64,000 nt of DNA, taken from assembly GCA_964412585.1 (NCBI GenBank), contig CAYPPJ010000006.1, positions 31 to 64,030 on the forward strand. Reading direction: 5' to 3'. Below, piece by piece: positions 38,134 through 48,668 of the stretch. How positions within the stretch are numbered: position 1 is the first letter of the stretch; each line of letters starts with the position of its first letter. Position numbers and translations under genes: made by a program. The notes beneath the pieces are model-generated. The model did not search any database and had not been told where the DNA came from. It was given only the letters and a program-made list of their open reading frames with translations. Origin of the DNA: an uncultured Candidatus Saccharibacteria bacterium (GTDB lineage: Bacteria; Patescibacteriota; Minisyncoccia; Phycocordibacterales; PALSA-1337).

Positions 38134-39921
38134 TTACCACCCGCCTCCACCGCCTCCGCCACCGCCGCCACCTGAAAATCCGCCACCGCCGCTGCCACCC
38201 ATACCGCCACCCGGCATTGATGTCATGCTCGTGCTCGCCATACTATTGAAACCAGAAAGATTGCTGTAGAGCAACATGGAGTTAAAGTGTCCACCCACTG
38301 GATATCCTTCATACCATGATGGAGGATTGACATATATGTCTGCAAATTCTTTTGACCATGCACTGGCAACGCCAAGCACCATGGCATACGGCAACAATTT
38401 CTCAAAAATTTCAGGTCTCTTTTCAGGTGCATTATGAAAATTGAGTCGATCTTTCTCCGCAATCTGTAGATAATCCTTGAGGCCCAGAATGTATTCTTTT
38501 GCCGCCACACCTTTGATTGTTTTGGCTGGCATGAGACTGTGAAATACGGCCCCAATAATTATCGACAAAATAACCGATGCAATTATGGGAACAGGGCTTA
38601 TGCTCACGGCGACAGCACTAAACACTGAGTCAATAAGGTGATATACAATAATCCCTCCCCACAAAAGTATAAAAAACGACGAAGAGATCGCCTTCGCAGC
38701 CCCAGAGCTTTCGATCTTCAAGTTACTATAGTATTGCTTATCGAGAAGTGTCTGAAGAGCACTCTTCGTGATAATCGGGACTCGGGTGTAGAACGAATTC
38801 TTCAAATCCGACAGTTTTATTTTTTCTCCAGGTCCGGCATTGAGTGCAAACACATGATTGAGGAGTGTCTTATCAAATTCGTTTGGCAAGTCATCATATC
38901 TCCTGAGTAATTCGAGCTCATAGTCGGTATTTTTTATAAACCCAAGAATCTTGTTATCGACGTATTTGATCTTGAGATACCCCTTGGTGGCAAGATAAAT
39001 AATTTCAGAAGAAATGTCAGCCGAGGTAACGCCCTGATTGACGATGCCAGCGACTTCCATCGGCGTCAAACCATCTGGCACGTCATACTGTGGCACAATC
39101 ACGCCCGTACCCTTGGGATCGCGTCCTTTCTTGTACCACTTCCTAAACATCACAATAAACGTAATCAGCGGTAGCAAAATAATGATAAGCCACGTGATGT
39201 ATTTTCCGATGTTGTCAAAAAAATCATCAAGGGCTGAATACGGCACTACAATACCCTTTTGAAACCCGACAGCTGCAGTCAGTCCTTCTCCCGAACGCAG
39301 TTCATGAGAGACCCCGAATGCAAGATCACCTTGTTTTGAGAAATCAACTTCGCATACCCCTTTGCTTCCCTGGGGACCGGAGTAGCATGAAGATTGTTGA
39401 GCAACCGCACCAAGAGGCAACTCAAATTTGACCTGAGCTTTGTATATCGGGATTTCCCAATCGTTGCCAGTCACATTCCAATAAATCTCATCGATATCTT
39501 TGAGTTGTGCAACGGCACTGGTGGCCTTGTACTTGATAACGTAAGTCCGCTGACCTATAAAGGTAACATTCGCATCTCCGATCCTGATACGTACATTTCC
39601 ATTTGCGGACTGACGTACCCAGGTCACAGGATTTCCCTGCATATCAGTTACCGAAATATCCGTAATCGACATAGAGCGATTTTCGGACGAAACTGGCCTG
39701 ATATCGCGATAGATACCATGATGCGCAGACGGACCAGTGTCATAATCAATAACCTCGCGAACAGAAACTGAATTGTCGGTATTGACTGAAACTATCGACT
39801 GAAAGAGTGTAACCGCTTGCTCATGTGTCGCGAGTGACGGAATTGTCTGCGCATGCGCAACGCCGGCCATGGCCCCAAAGAAGGCCAAGCCGGCAAGAAT
39901 AAGTACGCGTATGCGCTTCAT
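38134..39921 (-). CDS. DUF2207-like membrane protein with a glycine-rich C-terminus; partner of the second lemA.
   Basis: Signal peptide, large extracytoplasmic domain, TM helices, GGGMGGSGGGGFSGGGGGGGGGGGW tail. Confidence 0.5.
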   Translation of the reverse strand: MKRIRVLILAGLAFFGAMAGVAHAQTIPSLATHEQAVTLFQSIVSVNTDNSVSVREVIDYDTGPSAHHGIYRDIRPVSSENRSMSITDISVTDMQGNPVTWVRQSANGNVRIRIGDANVTFIGQRTYVIKYKATSAVAQLKDIDEIYWNVTGNDWEIPIYKAQVKFELPLGAVAQQSSCYSGPQGSKGVCEVDFSKQGDLAFGVSHELRSGEGLTAAVGFQKGIVVPYSALDDFFDNIGKYITWLIIILLPLITFIVMFRKWYKKGRDPKGTGVIVPQYDVPDGLTPMEVAGIVNQGVTSADISSEIIYLATKGYLKIKYVDNKILGFIKNTDYELELLRRYDDLPNEFDKTLLNHVFALNAGPGEKIKLSDLKNSFYTRVPIITKSALQTLLDKQYYSNLKIESSGAAKAISSSFFILLWGGIIVYHLIDSVFSAVAVSISPVPIIASVILSIIIGAVFHSLMPAKTIKGVAAKEYILGLKDYLQIAEKDRLNFHNAPEKRPEIFEKLLPYAMVLGVASAWSKEFADIYVNPPSWYEGYPVGGHFNSMLLYSNLSGFNSMASTSMTSMPGGGMGGSGGGGFSGGGGGGGGGGGW

Positions 39922-39928
39922 GTCTATA

Positions 39929-40480
39929 CTAGAATTTAACCTCAACAGGATTCTTTGCCGCAGCATCAGCGGCATCAAGCTGGAAGAATTCCATAGCAGT
40001 AAAGTGGAATGTTGAAGCAATGATGTTACCAGGAAACACCTGAATAGCGGTGTTGAGTTCACGAACATTGCCGTTGTAATAGCGGCGAGATGCCTGGATC
40101 TTGTCCTCAGTCTCAGTCAATTCGGCCTGAAGGGAGAGGAAATTTTGATTTGCCTTGAGCTCTGGGTACGCCTCCGCGATTGCAAAGACGGATTTGAGGG
40201 CGCTTGCCAAGCCGAGTTCTGCTGCACCTTTTTGGACAGGACCCTGTGCGCCCATAGCGGCCGCACGCGCCTTGGTCACATTTTCGAATGCCTGGCTTTC
40301 ATGCGTTGCATATCCTTTGACGGTCGCGACGAGATTGGGAATGAGGTCATATCGACGCTTGAGTTGGACATCAATATCTGACCATGCCTCCTTGGTACGG
40401 TTTACCATCGACACCAAACGGTTGTACGAGACGATGGCCCACAAGACGATCACTATGACTACTATGAGTAGTATTGTCAT
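39929..40480 (-). CDS. lemA: LemA family protein, second copy.
   Basis: YNRLV...W..IDVQLKRRYDLIPNLV signature. Confidence 0.75.
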   Translation of the reverse strand: MTILLIVVIVIVLWAIVSYNRLVSMVNRTKEAWSDIDVQLKRRYDLIPNLVATVKGYATHESQAFENVTKARAAAMGAQGPVQKGAAELGLASALKSVFAIAEAYPELKANQNFLSLQAELTETEDKIQASRRYYNGNVRELNTAIQVFPGNIIASTFHFTAMEFFQLDAADAAAKNPVEVKF

Positions 40481-40525
40481 TGAGGAGATGAGTTAGAAGT
40501 GTTGATAATGCGAACGATGCGGAGC

Positions 40526-41212
40526 TTATTTCTTTGGAGCCTTTGTCTCATCAATACCTTGCGCTGTCGTGACGTATCCGAACGACTTGACCATATCGGT
40601 AAATGCTGTGTCTGAGCTTGCGACAATAGCCTTGTTGTTGTTTTGAGCCTGAGTAATGTTTGAACCAGTAAGACCCTTGCTTGCAGGATCAAGTGTGATA
40701 GATGAGAACGCGAACATATAGCAAATCGTGTCTTTCTGGAGCGAGTACATATGATTGAAGTATCCACGACCCTGAACAGTGTTCGACATAGTAATAGTGC
40801 TGAAATTTAGAGCACCGACTTTGACGGTATCACGGTTCTTGACTGTGGTGACTGGTGGAAACGCACACTTGCCTGAAGTCACTACGATATCAGCCTGGAG
40901 CTTGGCGACAGTTGAAACCTGAGCCTTGTCGATCGGCATGATAAATGAGACACCAGCTTCTGTCTCTGACTTTTCCCACGTGGTCGGATATTTGACTGAG
41001 AATCCAAGTTCTGAATTTTGATATTCAGATGACTGGCTAGAGACCTTGGTAGTTTCACTCACTGGCGCAGACGGAGTAGCACCACTGGCGACAGGTGGAG
41101 TGGCACTCGTGCCTGTATCTGTGGCAGTACCTTTGTCTGATGAACCACCAAAAATAACAATCAGAATAATAGCGATGATAACGAGTATAATGACGACAAT
41201 TCCTTTTTTCAT
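40526..41212 (-). CDS. Hypothetical N-terminally anchored protein with a Thr/Ser-rich linker.
   Basis: N-terminal TM IVVIILVIIAIILIVIF. Confidence 0.4.
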   Translation of the reverse strand: MKKGIVVIILVIIAIILIVIFGGSSDKGTATDTGTSATPPVASGATPSAPVSETTKVSSQSSEYQNSELGFSVKYPTTWEKSETEAGVSFIMPIDKAQVSTVAKLQADIVVTSGKCAFPPVTTVKNRDTVKVGALNFSTITMSNTVQGRGYFNHMYSLQKDTICYMFAFSSITLDPASKGLTGSNITQAQNNNKAIVASSDTAFTDMVKSFGYVTTAQGIDETKAPKK

Positions 41213-41311
41213 ATAATAGTAAATTACTTGCTAATTCAGTAGAGCGTTCTACTGGGTAAAACGAAAGTAACAGGGTTACTCTGTGTTGAACGTATTATAC
41301 CATACGTTACA

Positions 41312-42961
41312 CTAATATCCCATACCACCCATACCCGGATTGGCCGGAACATCCTTCTTCTCTTCCGGATCATCAGCAACAGCCGCTTCTGTCGTAAGGA
41401 GGATAGCAGCAGCTGAACATGCGTTCTCGACGCCCAGGCGAGTAACTTTGACCGGGTCAACAATGCCGGCAGCAATCACGTCGCCAACCATTTCATCTTT
41501 GAGCGCATCATAGCCAATATTTCCCTTGCCGTGTTTCACTTTGTCGATAATAACCGAACCATCTTCTTTGCCTGTGTTGATCACGATCTGACGGAGAGGC
41601 GCCTCAAGTGCTCGAGTCACAATTTCATGTCCGAGAATGATCTCGGGCGACAACGTCTCGCGATGATTTTTGAGCCATTCAGCGAGACGTCCTGCCACTT
41701 TGACCAATGCCACACCTCCGCCAGCAACAATACCTTCTTCGATGGCGGCTTTTGTAGCGTTGACCGCATCTTCTATCTTGAGTTTCAAATATTTCATCTC
41801 GGTCTCAGTAGCAGCGCCAACGCGGATGACCGCAACTCCTCCAGAAAGCTTGGCGATACGCTCTTCGAGCTTTTGTTTGTCATATTTTGATGACGAATTG
41901 TCACGTTGTTTCCTGATTTGATTGACCCGAGCTTCAATCTCACTCTTTTTTCCCTTTCCGCCAACAACTACTGTTGAGTCTTTGGTCGAAATAACCTTGC
42001 GAGCCTTACCGAGCATAGAGAGCTCGGCTTTTTCAAACTTGATACCAACTTCTTCGGTGATAACAGTCGCTCCGACGGTCACTGCAATATCTTCCAACAA
42101 AGATTTCTTAGTATCTCCATATCCTGGAGCCTTGATAGCAAGCACATTGAATGCGCCGCGCAGTTTGTTTACTACAAATGTAGCTAACGCTTCTCCATCA
42201 ACATCTTCAGCAATGATAACCAGCTCTTTCTTGCCTGTTTGTGCAAGCTGTTCGAGCAGTGGAAGTATCTCTTTCACTGAGGAGATTTTTCGATCCGTAA
42301 TGAGGATAGCTGGATCTTTGAATTCAGCTTCCATTCTCTCGGTATTTGTGACCATGTAGGCAGAAATATAGCCCTTATCGAACTGGATCCCTTCGACAAT
42401 CTCCGGATCTTCGAGTGTGGTCGATTGTGATTCCTCGACAGTGACGACGCCATCCTTACCAACTTTTTTTATTGTGCCCGCGATTATTTTTCCAAGTTCT
42501 GCTGACTCTGCAGAAATCGTGGCGACTTGATGTATCTCCTCATCTGACTTGATTGGTTTTGCCTGCTTCTTGAGTTCTTGCACGGCATACTTTGAGGCAG
42601 ACTCAATGCCAGCCTTGATACCCATAGCATTGACCCCCATGGTTGTATGCTTCATGCCTTCAGTAATGATCGCCTGAGTGAGGATCGTTGCGGTAGTAGT
42701 TCCGTCGCCCGCGTTGTCATTGGTCTTCGTCGCAACCTCCTTGATGATCTCCGCGCCCATATTCTCAAACTTGTCCTTGAGTGAAATTTCTTTGGCGATC
42801 GAGACACCATCATTGGTAATGGTCGGGCTGCCGTACCCTTTATCCAAGACGACATTCCTGCCGCGAGGACCGATAGTGATCTTGACCGCATCGGCGACAG
42901 CATCTATGCCGCGCTTGAGGGCCTTTCGTGCTTCTTCGTTGTAGAGAATTTTTTTGGACAT
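41312..42961 (-). CDS. groL: Chaperonin GroEL.
   Basis: Full-length Cpn60 with AAVEEG-like motifs and C-terminal GGMGGM. Confidence 0.95.
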   Translation of the reverse strand: MSKKILYNEEARKALKRGIDAVADAVKITIGPRGRNVVLDKGYGSPTITNDGVSIAKEISLKDKFENMGAEIIKEVATKTNDNAGDGTTTATILTQAIITEGMKHTTMGVNAMGIKAGIESASKYAVQELKKQAKPIKSDEEIHQVATISAESAELGKIIAGTIKKVGKDGVVTVEESQSTTLEDPEIVEGIQFDKGYISAYMVTNTERMEAEFKDPAILITDRKISSVKEILPLLEQLAQTGKKELVIIAEDVDGEALATFVVNKLRGAFNVLAIKAPGYGDTKKSLLEDIAVTVGATVITEEVGIKFEKAELSMLGKARKVISTKDSTVVVGGKGKKSEIEARVNQIRKQRDNSSSKYDKQKLEERIAKLSGGVAVIRVGAATETEMKYLKLKIEDAVNATKAAIEEGIVAGGGVALVKVAGRLAEWLKNHRETLSPEIILGHEIVTRALEAPLRQIVINTGKEDGSVIIDKVKHGKGNIGYDALKDEMVGDVIAAGIVDPVKVTRLGVENACSAAAILLTTEAAVADDPEEKKDVPANPGMGGMGY

Positions 42962-43059
42962 AATTTTAAGAAAGAGATTAGTAATGAGTAACTAGTAATT
43001 AGAATAGTCGCAAATGTCGCCAGTGCTTTTCTAGTTACTAATTACTGATTACTAGTTAC

Positions 43060-43365
43060 TTATTTTATTACTGCTAATATCTCGCTTTCACGCACAAGAT
43101 AATATTCTTCGCCATCAACACTGACTTTGTCTCCCCATTGAAAAATAACTTTATCTCCAACCTTGACCGTAAGTGGAATCTTTTTACCTTCTTCAATACG
43201 ACCTGGTCCGACAGCAACTACTTCACCTCGCTTTCCATTTTTTTCTTCATTCACTGTGACAGGAATAATAATGCCTGATGAGGTCTTTTTTTCCTTATCA
43301 TCAGAGTGCTCGCGAATAAGTACGCGGTCCTGAAGTGGTTGTATCTTTTTTGAGATGTCTTTCAT
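43060..43365 (-). CDS. groS: Co-chaperonin GroES.
   Basis: IQPLQDRVLI...GIIIP...GEVVAVGPGR...VKVGDKV pattern; internal Met start chosen. Confidence 0.85.
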   Translation of the reverse strand: MKDISKKIQPLQDRVLIREHSDDKEKKTSSGIIIPVTVNEEKNGKRGEVVAVGPGRIEEGKKIPLTVKVGDKVIFQWGDKVSVDGEEYYLVRESEILAVIK

Positions 43366-43508
43366 GTGTATATGGTTAGGCTGGTAATGTAGTCGCATTA
43401 TATAGAAATGGTGTACATGTGCAAGAGGAATAAGATTGACATAATAATGATTTGATAGTATTGTTTTTCACGAATAGAACCCAGAACAACTAGAAATGGA
43501 GGTTTGTC

Positions 43509-44075
43509 TTGAATGTTTCCGTTCCACCACTCAAAGAGAACCCGTGGACAGCGGTTCCCTTCGGTTACAACTTCAACCGAGATTGTTCAGCCATCGGTGT
43601 TCAGACTGAACTCCGACTCGAGCGACTCGTCCAGGCGGCTCGTCGTGACGGCTACAATATCCCCTGTATCGTGCTTTCCCCAGGGTTTCCACCCCTGCTC
43701 TCGAGAAGTGCCCTGCAAACCAGAACTATGGCTTCAATGATGAAGACCTGGCTGATAAATGAGGGTACATTCAAGCCCGAACAAATCATGGAGAGCGACG
43801 ACAGTTCGATTTGGAACAGCATGAGTGAAATGCGTGAGTCCATGAGAATTATCGAACGTGACAATCTCCCACGAAATATCCTCGCTGTTACCACATGGAA
43901 TCATGCATTCCCGCGACTATGGATTGCCTGGAACATCCTCGTGGCACTTCGTCCAGAATGGCATGTCCGATTTGCGGTCACATGCCGGTGTCGAGTCAAT
44001 ATGAGCCATGAACTCCTCGGCACCGCAAAATATGTGCCTGAAGCTCTTATATCGCGCTTTCGTCATTCCAATTAA
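43509..44075 (+). CDS. Hypothetical protein, possibly DUF218/YdcF-like.
   Basis: Weak resemblance only. Confidence 0.3.
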   Translation: MNVSVPPLKENPWTAVPFGYNFNRDCSAIGVQTELRLERLVQAARRDGYNIPCIVLSPGFPPLLSRSALQTRTMASMMKTWLINEGTFKPEQIMESDDSSIWNSMSEMRESMRIIERDNLPRNILAVTTWNHAFPRLWIAWNILVALRPEWHVRFAVTCRCRVNMSHELLGTAKYVPEALISRFRHSN

Positions 44076-44202
44076 GAATCCGGCTAGTCTGCAACACCTT
44101 CCCCGCCAGACCCCTTGGTCCGGCGGGGACTTTTTCTATATATAGAGCCACCAAATCACCTTTTATTTGCAAAAATGACCCCCCTATGCTATGATATACT
44201 CA

Positions 44203-44424
44203 ATGAAGTCTCTCCTCCCGTATATCCAGATAATCCTGTCCGTTCTTATTGTTGCTGCGATTCTCTTGCAACGTACTGGTGCACAGGTTGGCGGCGCATT
44301 CGGTGGATCCGATAACTTTAGCTCTGCGTTCCATACCCGCCGCGGATTTGAGAAAGGACTCTTCATATTCAGCATCATCATCGCTATCCTGTTCGCAGTC
44401 TCTGCTCTGCTCAACTTGATCTAA
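44203..44424 (+). CDS. secG: Preprotein translocase subunit SecG.
   Basis: Two TM helices with the LLQ..G..GGAFGGS...RRG.EK loop pattern; about 74 aa. Confidence 0.65.
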   Translation: MKSLLPYIQIILSVLIVAAILLQRTGAQVGGAFGGSDNFSSAFHTRRGFEKGLFIFSIIIAILFAVSALLNLI

Positions 44425-44550
44425 TCACAGAAATTCGGAATTCTGAATTCTTGTCGAAATCGTAATACACATCTCGCTTATATTATTTTACAGAATGTAC
44501 GTATTTGAAAGTATATAGAATTTAGAATTCCGTGTTTCTCTCTTAACATC

Positions 44551-46305
44551 GTGAACGACGAACAACTTCCACACGAACTCCGCCTGAAGCGCGGTTCACA
44601 TATCCTGAATTATATTAGACAGTTCTCTGCGACAGAGAAAGTTGTTTTCGGTATATTTGTTATTGCAGCCGCTGTAACCATGATCATCATGGCCGCACGT
44701 CTCAATTCCACTTTTAGTGTCGAAATACCTGCATACGGCGGCAGTCTCAACGAAGGAGTCATCGGACTTCCCCGTAGTATCAACCCGGTACTTGCGCTCG
44801 GCGATGTTGACCGCGATCTTTCTGCACTCATATATTCTGGTCTTACTAGATACAGTAAAGGAAAAATTGTCGGGGATCTCGCTCAATCATTCAAAGTATC
44901 TGCGGATGGATTGACCTACACATTCAAGCTCAAGCCTGATCTTACATTCCATGATGGAACACCCCTCACTACCGAAGACGTCGCATTCACTATCCAAAAA
45001 ATTCAAGACCCGGCTGTCAAAAGCCCGCGTCGTATCGACTGGACTGATGTGACGGTCACGATCATCTCGCCGACAGAGATCAGCTTTGTCTTGAAACAAC
45101 CCTATAGCCCATTCCTGACCAACACGACCATCGGTATTCTACCGAAGCATATCTGGGGCTTGGTGAGCGATGAACAATTCATTTTCAGTCAATTCAACAT
45201 TGAACCGATCGGGTCAGGCCCATACCGCCTCTCATCAATTTCGCGTGATAACGGTGGCATACCAGTAAGCTACACCCTCACATCTTCGCGAGAGTACTAC
45301 GGTAAGATGCCGTACATCAAGACGATTATATTCAACTTTTTTCCTGAGGAGAATGCAGGGCTCAACGCACTCGACCAAGGATCGATCGATAGTTTGAGTG
45401 GCATTTCACCAGAAGCTGGCCATCGACTCGCGACAGATTCAGCGCAGCCATATACCGTACTTTCCTCACCACTCCCTCGTACATTCAGCGTTTTTTTGAA
45501 TCAAGATCAAAATGCGCTCTTTGCAGACAAAACGATTCGACAAGCATTGGACATGTCTATCGATCGAACTACTCTTATTGAAAATGTCCTCAAGGGCTAT
45601 GGCGAACCTCTGACTGGCCCAGCACCATTTATTTCTTCATCAAGCACGGTAGTTCGCAGCGCTCCTTCCGCATCCACATCGATACAGCTGGCGCAAGCGT
45701 TATTGGAAAAAAATGGCTGGAAGAGGATCTCTGGTGTATATACCAAGAAGAACACCAAAACAGGGACCACCACCTTGTCTTTCGATATATACACTGTCGA
45801 TTCACCTGACCTCAAGCAGGCTGCTGAACTCGTCAAAAATGCGTGGACCGCACTTGGTGCTCACGTAACAGTCAAAGTCTATGAAGGAACCGACTTTTAT
45901 CAAAATATAATCCGCACAAGAAAATATGACGCACTCTTGTTCGGCGAAGTCATCGGCAAAGACCGTGACTTGTATGCATTCTGGCATTCATCACAACGCA
46001 AATCGCCCGGTCTCAATGTTGCCATGTATACAAATGCCAAAGTTGATAAACTACTCGACGATATCCGCACAACCAATGACGAAGATGCCCGCGCGCTCAA
46101 GTACGTCCAATTCGACCAACTGATCCGCGCAGACATCCCCGCCATTTTCTTGTATACCTCCGATTTTATTTACGCAGTACCTAAGTCACTTAAAAATATC
46201 CAACTCTCTTCCCTCTCATCATCAGCTGACCGATGGAGTGACGTCACCCAATGGTATATGGAGACAGAGAATGTATGGAACATTAACTTATTCACAAGCA
46301 GATAA
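44551..46305 (+). CDS. ABC transporter substrate-binding protein, family 5 (peptide/nickel type), N-terminally anchored.
   Basis: N-terminal TM, about 580 aa; sequence pattern typical of SBP_bac_5. Confidence 0.6.
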   Translation: MNDEQLPHELRLKRGSHILNYIRQFSATEKVVFGIFVIAAAVTMIIMAARLNSTFSVEIPAYGGSLNEGVIGLPRSINPVLALGDVDRDLSALIYSGLTRYSKGKIVGDLAQSFKVSADGLTYTFKLKPDLTFHDGTPLTTEDVAFTIQKIQDPAVKSPRRIDWTDVTVTIISPTEISFVLKQPYSPFLTNTTIGILPKHIWGLVSDEQFIFSQFNIEPIGSGPYRLSSISRDNGGIPVSYTLTSSREYYGKMPYIKTIIFNFFPEENAGLNALDQGSIDSLSGISPEAGHRLATDSAQPYTVLSSPLPRTFSVFLNQDQNALFADKTIRQALDMSIDRTTLIENVLKGYGEPLTGPAPFISSSSTVVRSAPSASTSIQLAQALLEKNGWKRISGVYTKKNTKTGTTTLSFDIYTVDSPDLKQAAELVKNAWTALGAHVTVKVYEGTDFYQNIIRTRKYDALLFGEVIGKDRDLYAFWHSSQRKSPGLNVAMYTNAKVDKLLDDIRTTNDEDARALKYVQFDQLIRADIPAIFLYTSDFIYAVPKSLKNIQLSSLSSSADRWSDVTQWYMETENVWNINLFTSR

Positions 46306-46337
46306 CACCTTAATACAACACTAGAATCACAATTAAT

Positions 46338-48386
46338 ATGAACCCTATTCAACCAAACAATAACCAACCCCCACGACCTCCACGAGACAGGAACTTCAAG
46401 TTCCAGCGTCGCCCGCACCAAGGTCACACGCGTACACTGCGCACTGATACATCAGGTGCGGCTACTTCGAACAAACCTGTCTTTCATCACGACCACAAGG
46501 GACACTCCCACGCGCCAGTGAGCACACAAGCTGCCAATGGTCATCGCGTCGTCCTCGGCCGTGGTGCTCACAAACATCCAGGAGCCGTCAAACATATTGC
46601 CGGCGCGCGCATGGATATTATTCGTCCCGACGCCGCAAAACCAATGCGCCGCCATGGTCCCGCAAAACCTATGGTGAAACGCGAGGGAGACGTCGTCCCC
46701 GCACTCGCTCCAGACGCTATCCGTATCATCCCACTAGGTGGTGTCGAAGAGATCGGCAAGAACATGACCGCTATCCAATATGGTGACGACATCGTCGTTG
46801 TTGATATTGGCTTCCAGTTTAAAGACGACGATACACCTGGTATCGACTTTATCCTGCCAAACACCAAGTATCTCGAGGAACGTCAGGACAAGATTAGAGC
46901 TGTTCTCATTACCCACGGTCACCTTGACCACATCGGTGGTATTCCCTATATCATGCCCCGTATTGGCAATCCGCCAGTCTATACCCGCCTTCTCACCTCG
47001 ATTTTGATCCAAAAGCGCCAAGAGGAATTTCCTCATGTGCCAAAGATTGATATGAAAGTTGTTGAAAAAAATGAAACAATCACTATTGGTAAACTCAAGG
47101 TCAAATTCTTTGCGGTAACCCACACCATCCCCGATGCTATGGGTGTCATCATAGAAACCCCGTATGGATCAATCGTCCATACCGGTGACCTCAAGCTCGA
47201 CCATGATGATGGTGTTCCTACTGAACAAGAAGTCGCAGAGTATGACCGTGCATTCAAAAATGAAAAAGTATTGATGCTCATGGCCGACTCGACCAACGTT
47301 GAGAACCCAGGCTTCTCATTGCCTGAAAAGACTGTGCACAAGAATCTCGAACTTATTATCCAGAATATGACTGGTCGTCTCATCATTGCAACATTCTCTT
47401 CTCTCTTGGAGCGCTTGCTCAAGATTGTTGAGTTCTCGGAAAAATATGGCAAGAAAGTTGTCGTCGAAGGGCGCAGTCTCAAACAGAATATCGAGATCTG
47501 TAAGGGTCTTGGACTGGTCAAAGCAAAGAAAGAAACCTTCATCACATCTGATGATATCGACAATTACCCGCCTGATCGTATTGTCATCCTTTCGACTGGT
47601 GCACAGGCAAACGACTTTTCTGCGTTGGTACGCATGTCCAACAAGACTCATGCCAAAATCAAGCTCACCCCACGCGACACCGTTGTTCTATCATCATCAG
47701 TCATTCCGGGAAATGAACGTCCAATCCAGAAGTTGAAAGACAATATCTCGCGCCAAGGAGCAAAAATTCTCCACTATCGCATTGCCGATGTCCACTCATC
47801 AGGACACGCCAATCGTGATGAGACAGCGTGGATCCATCGTGCTATCAAGCCGAAATTCTTTATGCCGCTTCACGGATATCACTACATGCTTCGCGCCCAC
47901 TGTGACATCGCAAAGGACGCCAATGGTCTCGCCGAGTCAGATGTGGTTATCCCTGATAACGGTTCTATTATTGAAATCCAGGCAGGTGGTACCAAACTGG
48001 TTAAACTCAAAGAAAAGGCAGCCTCAGGCCTGGTGCTTGTCGATGGATTCTCTGTCGGTGATGTGCAGGATGTGGTCATTCGTGACCGTCAGGCACTGGC
48101 TCAAGATGGTATCTTCATCATCTTCGGCATCCTCAATGCCCAGACCGGCAAGCTCAAAAAGTCTCCGGACATCATCTCGCGCGGTTTCGTCTATCTTCGC
48201 GAATCACAGGATCTTCTCCACGAAGTACGCCTCTTGATCAAAGATACAGTCGAAAAATCTACTCGCGGTATGAATCCTATCAACGTTGATTTCATCAAAG
48301 ACAATGTGACAGATAACGTCTCGAAGTTTTTGATGCAGAAGACTGCAAAGAGGCCGATGGTGATACCGGTGTTGCTCACGATTTAA
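46338..48386 (+). CDS. rnj: Ribonuclease J with a roughly 120-aa low-complexity N-terminal extension.
   Basis: Metallo-beta-lactamase motif LITHGHLDHIGG, beta-CASP and C-terminal domain. Confidence 0.85.
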   Translation: MNPIQPNNNQPPRPPRDRNFKFQRRPHQGHTRTLRTDTSGAATSNKPVFHHDHKGHSHAPVSTQAANGHRVVLGRGAHKHPGAVKHIAGARMDIIRPDAAKPMRRHGPAKPMVKREGDVVPALAPDAIRIIPLGGVEEIGKNMTAIQYGDDIVVVDIGFQFKDDDTPGIDFILPNTKYLEERQDKIRAVLITHGHLDHIGGIPYIMPRIGNPPVYTRLLTSILIQKRQEEFPHVPKIDMKVVEKNETITIGKLKVKFFAVTHTIPDAMGVIIETPYGSIVHTGDLKLDHDDGVPTEQEVAEYDRAFKNEKVLMLMADSTNVENPGFSLPEKTVHKNLELIIQNMTGRLIIATFSSLLERLLKIVEFSEKYGKKVVVEGRSLKQNIEICKGLGLVKAKKETFITSDDIDNYPPDRIVILSTGAQANDFSALVRMSNKTHAKIKLTPRDTVVLSSSVIPGNERPIQKLKDNISRQGAKILHYRIADVHSSGHANRDETAWIHRAIKPKFFMPLHGYHYMLRAHCDIAKDANGLAESDVVIPDNGSIIEIQAGGTKLVKLKEKAASGLVLVDGFSVGDVQDVVIRDRQALAQDGIFIIFGILNAQTGKLKKSPDIISRGFVYLRESQDLLHEVRLLIKDTVEKSTRGMNPINVDFIKDNVTDNVSKFLMQKTAKRPMVIPVLLTI

Positions 48387-48420
48387 GACACACGAGCCAA
48401 AGGGGTGCACATGTATGTTC

Positions 48421-48491
48421 GGATACGCGCGTTCGGCCGTGCTCGGCCGCCGCTATTCTCGGCCTCATCGGCCTGTGAAATGTATCCTCAC
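48421..48491. repeat. GC-rich palindromic MITE/RPE-like element, copy A, intergenic.
   Basis: About 85-90 percent identical by hand alignment to 56818..56890; imperfect TIR TCGGATAC/GTATCCTC; GC-rich core CGGCC..GGCCG. Confidence 0.65.
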
Positions 48492-48668
48492 ACACATGCG
48501 CGCCCCTTTGGCGTGCTTCCTTAAACTGAGCAGAACCCCTCCACTCCAACAGAACTGCGCAGCGATAGGGTTTTCGAACAACAACATAAAGTCACAGCCG
48601 TACTCCGCGTACCTCCGTCTTTTCATGTTGTTGTGAGGAAACCTCTGGCGCGGAGCAGTTCGGCAACA

